A stretch of DNA of 64,000 nucleotides from Mobula hypostoma (Eukaryota): assembly GCF_963921235.1 (NCBI RefSeq), contig NC_086097.1:252776001-252840000 (forward strand), read 5' to 3'. Numbering within the stretch: the first letter of the stretch is position 1; each line of letters opens with the position of its first letter. The notes beneath the pieces are model-generated. The model did no database searches. It was not told where the DNA came from and worked only from the letters and a program-made list of their open reading frames with translations. Position numbers and translations under genes: made by a program. Positions 37,272 to 49,905 of the stretch are shown here, one piece after another.

Positions 37272-38843
37272 CTTCTCTGTGGATTGTCACCTTGTTGCCG
37301 TGGAGAGGCTTGTGTGGTCCTGAGATCTTGAGAGCGATGCCGAAAACCTTGAAAAACAACAAGGCCGCTGGACTTGATGGAATACCAGCCAAGGTCCTCA
37401 AAATTGGAGGTAACTCACTTCATTATCAACTGCATCAACTTCTCATCAAGATCTGGATAAATGAAGATGTACCAGCAGACTTTAGAGACTCAGCAATCGT
37501 TACCATCTACAAAAGGAAAGGCGATCGATCCAAATACGGAAACTATCGTGGAATTTCCCTGTTGGCAACAGCAGGAAAGATGCTCACCTGCATCATGAAC
37601 AATTGGCTCAAGCCTTTAGCTGAGAAGATCCTTTCGGAGACACAAGCCTGTTCTAGACCATCATGTGGAGCAATCGACGTGATCTTCACAATGCGACAAC
37701 TACAAGAAAAATGTCGTGAACAACTTCAACCTTTGTACATGGCATTCATCGACCTCACCAAAGCCTTTGACTCCGTATCAAGGGAACTCCTGTGGGGTGT
37801 CCTACCACCTATGGATGCCCTGAAAAGTACATTTGAATCCTGAGACTCCTCCATGATGGCATGCTTGCCACAGTCATGGTCAGCAACAGTAACTGTGAGT
37901 CTTTTCAAGTTAGATCAGGAGTAAAACAGGGATGCGTGATTGCCCCAGCTTTGTTCACCATCTTCGTTGCGATAATCATCCATATTTTCAAGGACGACCT
38001 ACCCCCAGGAATTGAAATTGTCTACAGAACAGATGGCAGACTTTTCAATCTTACCCGTCTCAAGTCCAAAACAAGACATCCACGAGTTCCCTCATCGAGT
38101 TCCAATACGCAGATGACAACAGTGTTGCAGCTCTTTCAGAAAACCACCTACAACAGATTCTGATGCCTTCAACTGTGCATACACAAAACTTGGACTTACC
38201 ACCAATTCCAAGAAGACTCAGATCATCTATCAACCGTCATCAATTGAGACAAATTGGATAGAACCACCAATTCAACTTGGCGAAACAACCCTGGAAAACG
38301 TGGACCACTTTTCATATCTTGGAAGTTACCTCTCCTCCGATGTCGACCTTAATGACGAGATCTAACATCGTCTTAAATGCGCTGGAACAGCTTTTGGATG
38401 TCTCCGAACAAGGGTCTTTCATGATCGTGACATTCGAACGGACGCCAAAGTGTTAGTGTACAAAGCAGTGGTAATCCCAACGCTCCTGTATGCATCAGAA
38501 ACCTGGACAACATACCAACGACATCTGAAGGCACTTGAAATGTTCCATCAACGCTGTCTTCGAAACATCTTAAATATCAGCTGGGAAGATAGAAGAACCA
38601 ACGTCAGTGTGCTAAATGAAGCAAAAACAACAAGCATTGAAGCCTACATCATCAAGAACCAACTAAGATGGAGCGGTCATGTTGTTCGGATGAAAGATGA
38701 ATGTCTGCTGAAACAAATCTTCTACTCCCAGCTTAAAGAAGGCAAATGTAAAAGAGGCAGACAACAGAAGAGATTCAAAGACGCCTTAAAAGCCAACATG
38801 AAGAAATATAACATCGACATCAACAATTGGAAAACCAATGCCA
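37272..38843 (+). mobile_element. RTE LINE, internally deleted and frameshifted
   Basis: KAAGLDGIP, NYRGISLLATAGK, FIDLTKAFDSV, GVKQGCVIAP, YADD, LLYASETWT, QLRWSGHVVRM; 10-bp TSD actagagaga (37262-37271 / 40666-40675). Confidence 0.92.
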
Positions 38844-40660
38844 ACTACTATTACTACTACTACGTCGACCCAGGCCTAGGGGGGCGGCGTCGGGCACGAT
38901 GACGGACTCTCCACTTCTCCCTCTCCCTCATCAGTGTTCAGTTCATCTACATCATCCACTTTTTAAAAAAGGAGGGAGAGAGAAACCGGGGAATTATAGG
39001 CCAGTTAGCCTAACGTCGGTGGTGGGGAAACTGCTGGAGTCAGTTATCAAGGATGTGATAACAGCACATTTCGAAAGCGGTGAAATGATCGGACAAAGTC
39101 AGCATGGATTTGTGAAAGGAAAATCGTGTCTGACGAATCTCATAGAATTTTTTGAGGATGTAACTAGTAGAGTGGATAGGGGAGAACCAGTGGATGTTGT
39201 ATATTTGGATTTTCAAAAGGCTTTTGACAAGGTCCCACACAGGAGATTAGTGTGCAAACTTAAAGCACACGGTATTGGGGCTAAGGTATTGGTGTGGGTG
39301 GAGAATTGGTTAGCAGACAGGAAGCAAAGAGTGGGAATAAACGGGACCTTTTCAGAATGGCAGGCGGTAACTAGTGGGGTACCGCAAGGCTCAGTGCTGG
39401 GACCCCAGTTGTTTACAATATATATTAATGACTTGGATGAGGGAATTAAATGCAGCATCTCCAAGTTTGCGGATGACACGAAGCTGGGTGGCAGTGTTAG
39501 CAGTGAGGAGGATGCTAAGAGGATGCAGGGTGACTTGGATAGGTTGGGTGAGTGGGCAAACTCATGGCAGATGCAATTTAATGTGGATAAATGTGAAGTT
39601 ATCCACTTTGGTGGCAAAAATAGGAAAACAGATTATTATCTGAATGGTGGCCGATTAAGAAAAGGGGAGGTGCAACGAGACCTGGGTGTCATTATACACC
39701 AGTCATTGAAAGTGGGCATGCAGGTACAGCAGGAGGTGAAAAAGGCGAATGGTATGCTGGCATTCATAGCGAGAGGATTCGAGTACAGGAGCAGGGAGGT
39801 ACTACTGCAGTTGTACAAGGCCTTGGTGAGACCACACCTGGAGTATTGTGTGCAGTTTTGGTCCCCTAATCTGAGGAAAGACATCTTTGCCATAGAAGGA
39901 GTACAAAGAAGGTTCACCAGATTGATTCCTGGGATGGCAGGACTTTCATATGAAGAAAGACTGGATGAACTGGGCTTGTACTCGTTGGAATTTAGAAGAT
40001 TGAGGGGGGATCTGATTGAAACGTATAAGATCCTAAAGGGATTGGACAGGCTAGATGCGGGAAGATTGTTCCCGGTGTTGGGGAGGTCCAGAACGAGGGG
40101 TCACAGTTTGAGGATAGAGGGGAAGCCTTTTAGGACCGAGATTAGGAAAAACTTCTTCACACAGAGAGTGGTGAATCTGTGGAATTCTCTGCTACAGGAA
40201 ACTGTTGAGGCCAGTTCATTAGCTATGTTTAAAAGGAAGTTAGATATGGCCCTTGTGGCTACAGGGGTCAGGGGGTATGGAGGGAAGGCAGGGTTCTGAG
40301 TTGGATGATCAGCCATGATCATAATAAATGGCGGTGCAGGCTCGAAGGGCCGAATGGCCTACTCCTGCACCTATTTTCTATGTTTCTATGTTTCTATTAT
40401 CCGTGCCACTGTCTTCTAGGAGCATATTGACCATAGTCTTGGGAGGGTGCCCAGGGTTCATCCTCCCGTGCTTGGGCTCCCATATGATGACTAGGCTGGC
40501 AGGTAGCTCGGGGTGGCGTAAACAGTGCCCCGCTAGTTGCAGTCTTCTCGCCTCGACTTTAGTGGTGAGCATCAGTAGGTTGCTATAGAGCTCGATGTTC
40601 ATCATGTGCTGTTGCCAACTCACGTCAAGAACCATCTGGAGCATTTGTGTATAGCCACGA
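38844..40660 (-). mobile_element. RTE-X-like LINE 3' fragment split by a CR1 insertion
   Basis: GYTQMLQMVLDVSWQQH...RRLQLAGHCLRHPELPASLVIIWEPKHG (40396-40660) continues at 38844-38952 with a (TAG)n tail. Confidence 0.7.
38953..40395 (+). mobile_element. Young 5'-truncated CR1 with an uninterrupted RT frame (about 450 aa)
   Basis: ORF 38827-40299 is open from PLFKKG through [14 protein letters not shown] and FADD to the stop; (ttctatgt)n tail. Confidence 0.96.
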
Positions 40661-42274
40661 CAACGACTAGAGAGAAGATTCTTAAGGAACTTAGGTAAGT
40701 CACCTGGACCAGATAGTCTACACCCCGGGGTTCTGAAAGAGGTGACTGAAGAGATTGTGGAGTAATGATCTTTCAAGAATCACAAAATTATGGAATAGCT
40801 CTGGAAGACTGGAAAATTGCAAATGTCACTTCCACTCTTGAAGAAGAGAGAGATGCAGAAGAAAGGAAACTATTGGCCAGTTACTCTGACCTCAGAGGTT
40901 GGGTAGATATTGGAATCGATTATTAAGGATGATGATTCAGAGTACTTGGACGCACATGATAAAATAAGCCTTAGTCAGCATGGTTGCCTCAAGGGAAAAT
41001 CTTCCCTGACAAATCTGTTGGACTTATCTGAAGAAACAACAAACAGGATAGACAAAGGAGAATCGGTTATGTTGTGTACTTGGATTTTCAGAAGGCCTTT
41101 GACAAGGTGCCACACATGAAGCAGCTGAACAAGCTATGAGCCCCTGGTATTACAGGAAAGATTCCAGCATGGATAAAGCAGTGGCTGATTGGAAGGAGGC
41201 AAAGAGTGAGAATAAAGGGAACCTTTTCTGATTGGGTGCTGGTGACTAGTGGTGTTCCTCAGGGGTCTGTGTTGGGACTGATTTGTATTAATGATTTGGA
41301 TGATGGCTTTGTTGCAGAGTTTCCAGACAATACGAAGATAGGTGGAGGGGCAGGTACTTTTGAGGTAGTAGAGATGCCACACGAGGTCTTAGACAAATTA
41401 GAAGAATGGACAGAGAAATGGCAGATGGAATACAGTGTTGGGAATTGTATGGTCATGCACTTTGGGGGAAGAAATGAAATGCTTAACTATCTTCTAAATG
41501 GAGAGAAAATACTAAAAACTGAGGCACAAAGGGATTTAGGAATCCTTGTGCAGGATTCCCTAAAGGTTCATTTGCAGGTTGAGTCTGTGGTGAGGAAGGC
41601 AAACACAGTGTTAGCATTCATTTCAAGAAGACCAGAATTTAAAAGCAAAGATGTAATGTTGAGACTTGATAAAGCACTGGGGAGGCCTCACTTGGAGTAT
41701 TGAGGGCAGTTTTGTGCCCCTTATCTTAGAAATGATGTGCTGAAACTGGAGAAGATTCAAAGGAGGTTCATGAAAATGTTTCCAGGATTGAACAGCTTGT
41801 CATATGAAGAGCTTTTCATGGCTCCGGCCTGTATTCACTAGAGTTTGGAAGAATGAGGGGTGACCTCATTGAAACCTATCGAATGGTGAAAGGCCTTGAT
41901 AGAATGGATGTGGAGAGGATGTTTCCTATGGTGGGAGAGTCTAAGACAAAAGGACACAGCCTCAGAAAAGAGGAGCTTCCTTTTAGGATGGAGATGACAA
42001 GTAATTTTCTCAGCCAGAGGGAGGTAAATCTGTGCAATTCTTTGCCACAGACAGCTGTGCAGGCTAAGTCTGTATGTATATTTAAGGCAGAGGTTGACAG
42101 ATTTTTTATTGGTCAGGGCATGAAAGGATATGGAGAGAAGGCAGGAGATTGGGGCTGACAGAAAAATTGGATCAGCAATAATGAAGTGGTGGAGCAGACT
42201 CGATGGGCTAATTGGCCGAATTCTGCTCCTATGGGTAATGGTCTTATTATGGTCTCATATATCTATATATCAAA

Positions 42275-43192
42275 ACATAGAAAAATCTACAGCACAATAC
42301 AGGCCTTTCGGCCCACAAAGCTGTGCCAAACATGTCCTTACCTTAGAAATTACCTATGTTTACCCATAGCCTGCTATTTTTCTAAGCTCCAAGTACATAT
42401 CCAGGAGTTCCTTAAAAGACCCTATCATATCCACTTCCACCACCATCACCGACAGCCCATTCCACGCATTCACCACTTAGCTCTGACATCTCCTCTGTAT
42501 CTACTTCCAAGCACCTTAAAACTGTGCCCTCTTGTCCTAGCCATTTCAGCCCTGGGAAAAAGCCTCTGACTATCCACACAATGAATGCCTCTCATCATCT
42601 TAAGAACCTCTATCAAGTCATGTCTTATCCTCCAACGCTCCAAGGAGAAAAGGCTGAGGTCACTCAACCTATTCTCATAAGGCATGCTCCTCAATCCAGG
42701 CAGCATCCTTGTAAATCTCCTCTGCACCCTTTCTATGGTTTCCACAACCTTCCTGTAGTGAGGAGACCAGAACTGACCACAGTACTCCAAGTGGGGTCTG
42801 ACCAGGGTCCTGTATAGCTGCAACATTACCTCTCAGCTCCTAAACTCAGTCCCATGGTTGATGAAGGCCAATGCACCATATGCCTTCTTAACCACACAGT
42901 CAACCTGTGCAGCAGCTTTAAGTGTACTATAGACTTGGACCCCAAGATCCCTCTGATCCTCCACGCTGCCAAGAGTCTTACCATTAATACTATATTCTAC
43001 CATCATATTTGACCTACCAAAATGAACCACCTCACACTTATCTGGGTTGAACTCCATCTGCCACTTCTCAGCCCAGTTTTGCATCCTATCAACATCCCGC
43101 TGTAACTTCTGACAACCCTCCACACTATCCACAACACCTCCAACCTTTGTGTCATCAGCAAATTTACTAACCCATCCCTTCACTTCCTCATC
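42275..43192 (-). mobile_element. CR1 RT and 3' fragment
   Basis: ORFs 42470-42826 and 42833-43183 (KFADDTK). Confidence 0.92.
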
Positions 43193-43269
43193 ATATACAT
43201 GACACTAAATCGCTAAATTTGGTGGAGTTGTGTATCATGTAGAAGATTGCCGTAGATTACTCGAAGCGC

Positions 43270-43655
43270 AGCCAGATCATGCTCTCTTCTCACTGCTGCC
43301 ATCAGGAAGGAGGTACAGGAGCCTCAGGACTCACTCCACCAGGTTCAGGAACAGTTATTACCTCTCAATCATCAGGCTGTTGAATCAGAGGGGAAAACTT
43401 CACTCAACCCAACACTGAGTGTTCCCACTAAATACAGGCTCATGTTCTCAATATTTATTGCTGATTTATTTATTAATATTATTTCTTTTTTTTAATCTTT
43501 GTATTTGCATAGTTTGCTGTATTTCACAGTTGGGTGTGTGGGGTGTCTTTCAGTGATTCTATTGTGACTATTGGATTTATTGAGAACACCCCAAAAAATG
43601 AATCTCAGGTAACATGTCTGCACTTTGATAATAAATTTACTTGGAACTTTGAACA
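43270..43655 (+). mobile_element. Rex1/Babar 3' fragment
   Basis: PDHALFSLLPSGRRYRSLRTHSTRFRNSYY plus family tail. Confidence 0.8.
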
Positions 43656-44212
43656 TTGGCAAGATGCAGAGCTACAAAGCGGCAGATGGAGTTCAACCCG
43701 CAAAAGTGTGAAGTGATTCCAAGTTCAAAGTTCAAAGTTGGAAGGTTGAATTTGAAGGTAACATACAGGATTGATAGTAGGATTCTTAAGAGTGTGGCTG
43801 AACAGTGGGATCTTGGCTTCCATGACCACAGATCCCTGAAAGTTACAGTACGAGTTGATAGGGTTGATAAGGAGCAATATGGTGTGCTGGCCTTTGTTAT
43901 TTGCAGGGATTGTGTTGAAGAAATGTGTGGTTATGTTGCAGTTCTACAAAACCCTAGTTTGGCCACACTTGGAATATTATGCTTGGTTCTGGTTTACCTC
44001 ATTATGGGAAGCATGTGGAAGCTTTAGAGAGGGTGCAGAGGAGATTTACCTGGATGCTTCCTGGATTAGAGAGCAAGTTGAGCAAACTAGGGCTTTGCTC
44101 TCTGTAGTGAAGGAGGATGAGAAGTGACTTGACAGAGGTGTACAAGATGATAAGAGGCATTGTTAGAGTCAAGAGGCAGCATTATGTTCCCAGGCTGACA
44201 ATGGCTAATACT
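43656..44212 (+). mobile_element. Highly decayed CR1 fragment
   Basis: QMEFNPQKCEV...QWDLG...KTLVWPHLEY. Confidence 0.8.
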
Positions 44213-44885
44213 GAACTTGAATCACAGAGTCTGCTTGACAACTGTGGCATGGCTTGAATGCTATTACCTTCCGCTAAGCAAAGCCAAACAGCATGAAGAA
44301 CAACAAGGTTGCAATCTCAGATGAGCTCAATGCTTTTGACGCTTGCTTTGACTGACCTTCAAGAGCCCCCGTTGACCCCGTGATTTCAGACTCTGCGGCA
44401 GTTCTCTGTGAGAACATCTCTCAGGAGGGTGAACCCATGGAAAGCATCTGTCCCCCATGGGGTACCATCCAAGTTCTAATGTGGACCAAAGAGCAACTTT
44501 CATCTTAGTGGAGTAGACCAAGAATGTATCATTAAATCACTCTTACATGTAGAAGCATGTAAAATGATTAAAATTGAAATAAATGTTAATATGAATACAT
44601 AAAAATACTTAGAAATAATTTAAAAACAGAAACCTATAGCAAAATAATTTAAAACAAACAAGCCCCTTTACTTTGTAATCCAAAGCTCGAAAGTTCCCAT
44701 CAAAATTAATGGCTTTGCCAGGTCTGGCTTGGCTTAGGCAGTTCTTCAGCTTCGTGCCGGGGAAGACTGGGCCCCTCTGTCGGGCTCTCCAGGGAGTCCA
44801 GCTGCGGGCGAACTGATGGATGATCTCCCCGTATCTGTCAAAATGTCCCACACTCTCAGTGCACGCACGCAGGTCCAGGACTTAC

Positions 44886-45037
44886 TTCTGCTGGATTGGC
44901 GGATTGCTGGCAGCTCTTCCGGAGAGCACTGGCATGACGGTAAACCTTTGCGGAGAATGTGCATCACTGGCAGCTCTTCCAGAGAGCACTGGCATGATGG
45001 TAAACCTTTGCAGAGAGTGTGGACACACTTTTAAGAA
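44886..45037 (-). other. Candidate host-gene exon (152 nt), product unknown
   Basis: Acceptor cttcccttttcag, donor gtaagt, one open frame FLKVCPHSLQRFTIMPVLSGRAASDAHSPQRFTVMPVLSGRAASNPPIQQ; lies in non-repetitive sequence; no homology recognised. Confidence 0.3.
44907..45023. repeat. 60-bp tandem duplication (2 copies)
   Basis: ctggcagctcttcc(g/a)gagagcactggcatga(c/t)ggtaaacctttgc repeated with period 60. Confidence 0.95.
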
Positions 45038-45444
45038 CTGAAAAGGGAAGTTGGATGCTTCTTGTCAGTAGCCAATATAACAAAGTATAGATGAAACATT
45101 GGGCAATGTATCTTGAGCTCACTGGACTTCCTGACAATGGCTTTGATCTTCGCAGAAGGAAAATTTCCAAAAGTGGTTTTCCAGATTTAGTCTGAGGTTT
45201 TGTTGTTGCCTCTCTAAGGTTTTTACCTGTCCGATGGGAACACTGGGGTTCCTGATGTTAAGCTGCAACAAGGGAAGATGAGCCAGCTGGTCTTTTTTCA
45301 AGTCTCAGTTTCATATGTTCTTGTTCATACGCCTTGGTTATACTCTCTGGTACTAATGGAGGTTTTGATATTCCTTTAAGTGAAATTCAATCATCCCTAT
45401 TCGATTTGGTTTAAATTAAAATCACAGGCTCTCCGTTCATTTAA

Positions 45445-45720
45445 AAATGAATTTTATTTGGAGATACAGCACAGCCCTTACGGGCCATGGAGCCACACTG
45501 CCCAGCAATTTCCGATTTAACCCTCATCTAATCACAGGACAATTTATAATGACTAATTCACCTACATCCTTTGGACTGTGGGAGGAAACTGGAGCACCCA
45601 GAGAAAACCCACACACTCCACGGGGAGAATGTATGGTGCAGGCGTTGAACTCGGAACTCTGGAATGCCCTGAGCTACAATGACATCACGCAGACCGCTAC
45701 GCTACCACGGCCACGGCGTC
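45445..45720 (-). mobile_element. V-SINE-like element
   Basis: Same family as 8255-8535 and 33250-33478. Confidence 0.7.
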
Positions 45721-46588
45721 CATCTGCAAGTAGAACCTGAGCAATGGCTTGCCTGCAGGAGACATCCGTCTCACAGCTTTACAACGTGTCTCTTAATGTA
45801 CTGAAATATATATCATTTATAACAAGAAAGCTAGACTAATACTAAAGTCGTAAACCTCAAAATCAGAATCAAATTCTCAAATATGTAATAAAGTATGATT
45901 GGACTGTTTTATTCTGCTATTGATTCATGTTTTTTTTTCTTATTTTCTTGGCTTTCCTGTTCTGTGTCATTGTTACTTCCTCATTTCTGGCAAAGATTCC
46001 TCCCCTGGTTCAGTGACATCCTGTTAGTGATCCAAGCATTGTGCTTTTATGTAAATTGAATGTACAGCTGTACATTTGCCCATACTGTACTTAGGCAAAT
46101 ATATATAGCTAGAGTGCCTAAGTCTTCTACACTGTACTGTATTTGTCAACATGGAGCGGAGAGTGAGTCTGTAAATCTGGTGGGAGCAAAGGATATTGGG
46201 AACAGTGAGGGTGGAGTGCCGCAGGAATAGTGTGGGACAGGTGGCAGAGAAGAACTGGCAGGGTGGGGAGGGTGATGTGGGTGCAGACACACCCAGCCCT
46301 GAGACACCGGGCAAGGTCATTTGATTCCAACAATTGGTTTATTGATCATTACAGAATATCTCTCTGATGCTTCCCGCTCCCTCCCCTCTCCCTTCCCCGT
46401 TTCCCAAACATGATTCCCGTCTCCATGCCCCCTTCCCACTCTCGGTCCACAATAGAGACCCATATCAGAATCAGGTTATCATCACTCACACATCTCATGA
46501 ATGTTGTCTTTTTTTGTGTCAGAAGTACAATGCAGTACATAGAATTACTACAGTACTGAGCAAAGGTCTGTGGCACCCGAGAGATATT

Positions 46589-47425
46589 CAGTGCCATGAA
46601 AAAGTTTGGGCACCCCTTGTCAAAATCTCTGTTACTCTGAATAGCTAAGCGAGTAAAAGATGAACTGATTTCCAAAAGGCATAAAGTTAAAGATGACACA
46701 TTTCTTTAATATTTTAAGCAAGAAAAATTTTTTATTTCCATCTTTTACAGTTTCAAAATAACAAAAAAGGAAAAGGGCCTGAAGCACAAGTTTGGGCACC
46801 CTGCGTGGTCAGTACTTAGTAACACCCCCTTTGGCAAGTATCACAGCTTGTAAACACTTTCTGTAGCTGGCTAAGAGTCTTTCAATTCTTGTTTGGGGGA
46901 TTTTCGCCCATTCTTCCTTGCAAAAGGCTTCTAGTTCTGTGAGATTCTTGGGCCGTCTTGCATGCACTGCTCTTTTGAGGTCTATCCACAGATTCTCGAT
47001 GATGTTTAGGTCTGGGGACTGTGAGGGCCATGGCAAAACTTTCAACTTGTGCCTCTTGAGGTAGTCCATTGTGGATTTTGAGGTGTGTTTAGGATCATTA
47101 TCCTGTTGTAGAAGCCATCCTCTTTTCATCTTCGGCTTTTTTACAGACAGCGTGATGTTTGCTTCCAGAATTTGCTATATTTAATTGAATTCATTCTTCC
47201 CTCTACCAGTGAAATGTTCCCCGTGCCACTGGCTGCAACACAAGCCCAAAGCATGATCGATCCACCCCCGTGCTTAACAGTTGGAGAGGGGTTCTTTTCA
47301 TGAAATTCTGCACCCTTTTTTCTCCAAACATACCTTTGCTCATTGCAGCCAAAAAGTTCTATTTTAACTTCATCAGTCCACAGGACTTGTTTCCAAAATG
47401 CATCAGGCTTGTTTAGATGTTCCTT
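46589..47425 (-). mobile_element. Tc1 (DD34E) transposon 3' half, truncated by a CR1
   Basis: VLWTDEVK, PTVKHGGGSIMLW, QQDNDPKH, WPSQSPDLNIIENLW with 34 residues between D and E; TIR cagtgccatgaaaaagtttgggcacccc with inner repeat aagtttgggcaccc at 46788-46801. Confidence 0.93.
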
Positions 47426-49905
47426 GAGACCATAAGACATAGGAGCAGAACTTGGCCATTTGGCCCCTCGAATCTGCTCTACCATTTATTTATTTTCTCT
47501 CGTAACCCCATTCTACTGCCTTCTCCTCTTGACCTTTGACGTCCTTACTAATCAAGAACCTGTCAATCTCTGCTTTAAATACACCCAATGACCTGGCCTC
47601 CACAGCCGTCTGCGACAATGAATTCCACAGATTCATCACCCTCTGGTAAAGAAATTTCTTCTCATCGTTGTTCTAAATGGATATCTCTCTATTCTGAGGC
47701 TGTGTCCTCTGGTCCTGGACTCCCCCACTATAGGGAACATCCTCTCCACCTCCACTCTGTGAGTTCTCTCACTATTCAGTAGGCTTCAATGAGATCCACC
47801 ACCCCCACTCATTCTTCTAAATTCCAACGAGTACAAACCCAGAAAAGCATCATTCTCTCTGTAAAAAATACACACTAACTCTGTTAACCTGATTGCAGAT
47901 TCTGATTGTTTTCAACTCCCCCCTCCATGGAAAACTTCCTTTCCACATCTACTCTGTCTAGGCCTTTCAACATTCGAAAGGTTTCAAAGAGATCCCCCCT
48001 CATCCTTCTAAATTCCAGTGAGTACAGACCCAGAGCCATCAAACATTCCTCATATGATAACCCTTTCATTCCTGGAATCATCCTTGTGAACCTCCTCTGA
48101 ACCCTCTCCAATGACAACACATCCTTTCTTAGATGAGCCCAATTTACAATACTCAAGGTGAGGTCTCATAAAACCTCAGCATCACATCCCTGCTCTTGTA
48201 CTCTAGACCGCTTGAAATTAATGCTAACATTGCATTCACCTTCCTCATCATTGACGCTATCTGCAAGTTAACCTCTAGGGTATTCTGCACAAGTACTCGT
48301 AGGTCCCTTTGCTTCTCAGTTGTTTGGATTTTCTCACCGTTTAGAAAATAGTCTGCACCTTTACTTCTACCAAAGTGCATGACCATGCATTTTCCAACAT
48401 TGTATTTCATTTGCCACTTTCTCGTCCATTCTCCTAACCTGTCTAAGTCCTTCTGCAGCCTACCTGTTTCCTCAACACTACCTATTCCTCCAGGATTCTT
48501 CAAATCATCTGCAAACTTGGCAACAAAGCCATCTATTCCATCATCTAAATCATTGATATATAACATAAAAGTCTAAAAATTCCCTCTTTGAAGTCCAGCA
48601 CCAACCTGATTTTCCCAATCTACCTGCATATTGAAGTCCCCCATGACTATTATAACATTGCTCTTTCGGCATGCATTTTCTATCTCCTGTTGTAAGAGGT
48701 AGACCACATCCATTGCTACTGCTTGGGGTCTGTATACAACTCCCATCAGAGACTTTTTACCCATGCATTCCTTAGCTCTACTCACAAAGATTCAACACCT
48801 TCAGACCCTATGTCACCTCTTTCTAGTGATTGGATTTCACTTTCTACCAAAAGGGCAATGCTACTCCCTGCCTTCCTGCCTGACCCTTCGATACAATGTG
48901 TATCCATGGACATTAAGCTCCCAGTTATAATCTTCTTTCAGCCATGATTCAGTGATGCGTACAACATCGTACATGCCAATCTGTAACTGTGCTACAAGTT
49001 CATCTACCTTATTCTGTATACTGTACGTAAGCAAATATAAAGCCTTCAGTACTGTATTCCCCTTTTTCGATTTTAACTGCTTTTTACATTGCCCTCATCC
49101 TGTTGACTGCAATTTTGCCCCTTCATCAGCCTTTCCTTGCTAGAAGCCTCGCTACCCATTGCCTCTCTTCGTAAACCAGCTACCTCATCTTCAGCACTAT
49201 CATTTTGGTTCCCACCCGCACAAATCCTGCCAACCTGCCCACAAGACATTGGACCCCCTTAAGTTCAGGTGCAACCCATCCCTTTTGAAAAGGTCATATC
49301 TTCCCCAGAAGAGATCCCAGTGATCCATAAATCTGAACCCCTGCCCCTGCACCAGGGTCTCATCCCGCATTTCCTGGCAAATCATCCTATTCTTACCCTC
49401 ACTGGCACGTGGCACAGGCAGCAATCCAGAGATTACTATCCTGGAGGTCCTGTTTCTCATCTTTCTACCTAGCTCCCTAGAATCTCCTCTCAGGCCCTCC
49501 TCAGCTTGTCTATCTATATCATTGGTGCCTATATGTACCAAGAATTTTGGCTGCTCACCCTCACCCTCGAGAATGCCATGGACATGATCCAAGACGTTGC
49601 TGACCTAGGCACCAGGGAGGAAACATACATTCCTGGTGTCTCTATCGTGCCCGCAGAGTCTTGTCTCTGTTCCTCTGAGTAAGGAATCTCCTATCAGCAC
49701 TGCAGTCTCCTTCACCTCTGTTCTTCTGAGTCACAGCACCAGACTCAATGCCAGAGACCCAGTCACTGTGGCTCCCACTGGGAGGTCATCCACCTCAACA
49801 ATATTTAAAGTTGTATACTTATTGAGGGGAATGGCCATAGGTGTACTCTGCACTGGTTGTGCATTTCCCGCCCTTCTCCTGACAGTCACCCAGTTACCTG
49901 TCTCC
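47426..49905 (-). mobile_element. Decayed CR1 LINE pieces (ORF1 esterase, APE, RT, 3' end)
   Basis: ORF 49200-49592 (VHIGTND...DGLHL), 48573-48785 (GVVYRP...MGDFN), 48153-48566 (KFADD). Confidence 0.9.

Larger units (their letters stand above)
35020..42255 (+). mobile_element. Old, rearranged CR1 LINE (5' UTR, ORF1 and ORF2 pieces) hosting nested insertions
   Basis: ORF1 DYNCEKCI...ELELELDELQVI continues across the inserts to VQSIPVAIPLNNRY; ORF2 pieces at 37076-37271 and 40666-42158. Confidence 0.8.

Noticed and set aside
38827..40299. 490-aa host gene or retron-like RT
   Set aside because: 5'-truncated CR1 ORF2; the N-terminal ~40 aa come from adjacent RTE and antisense RTE-X sequence
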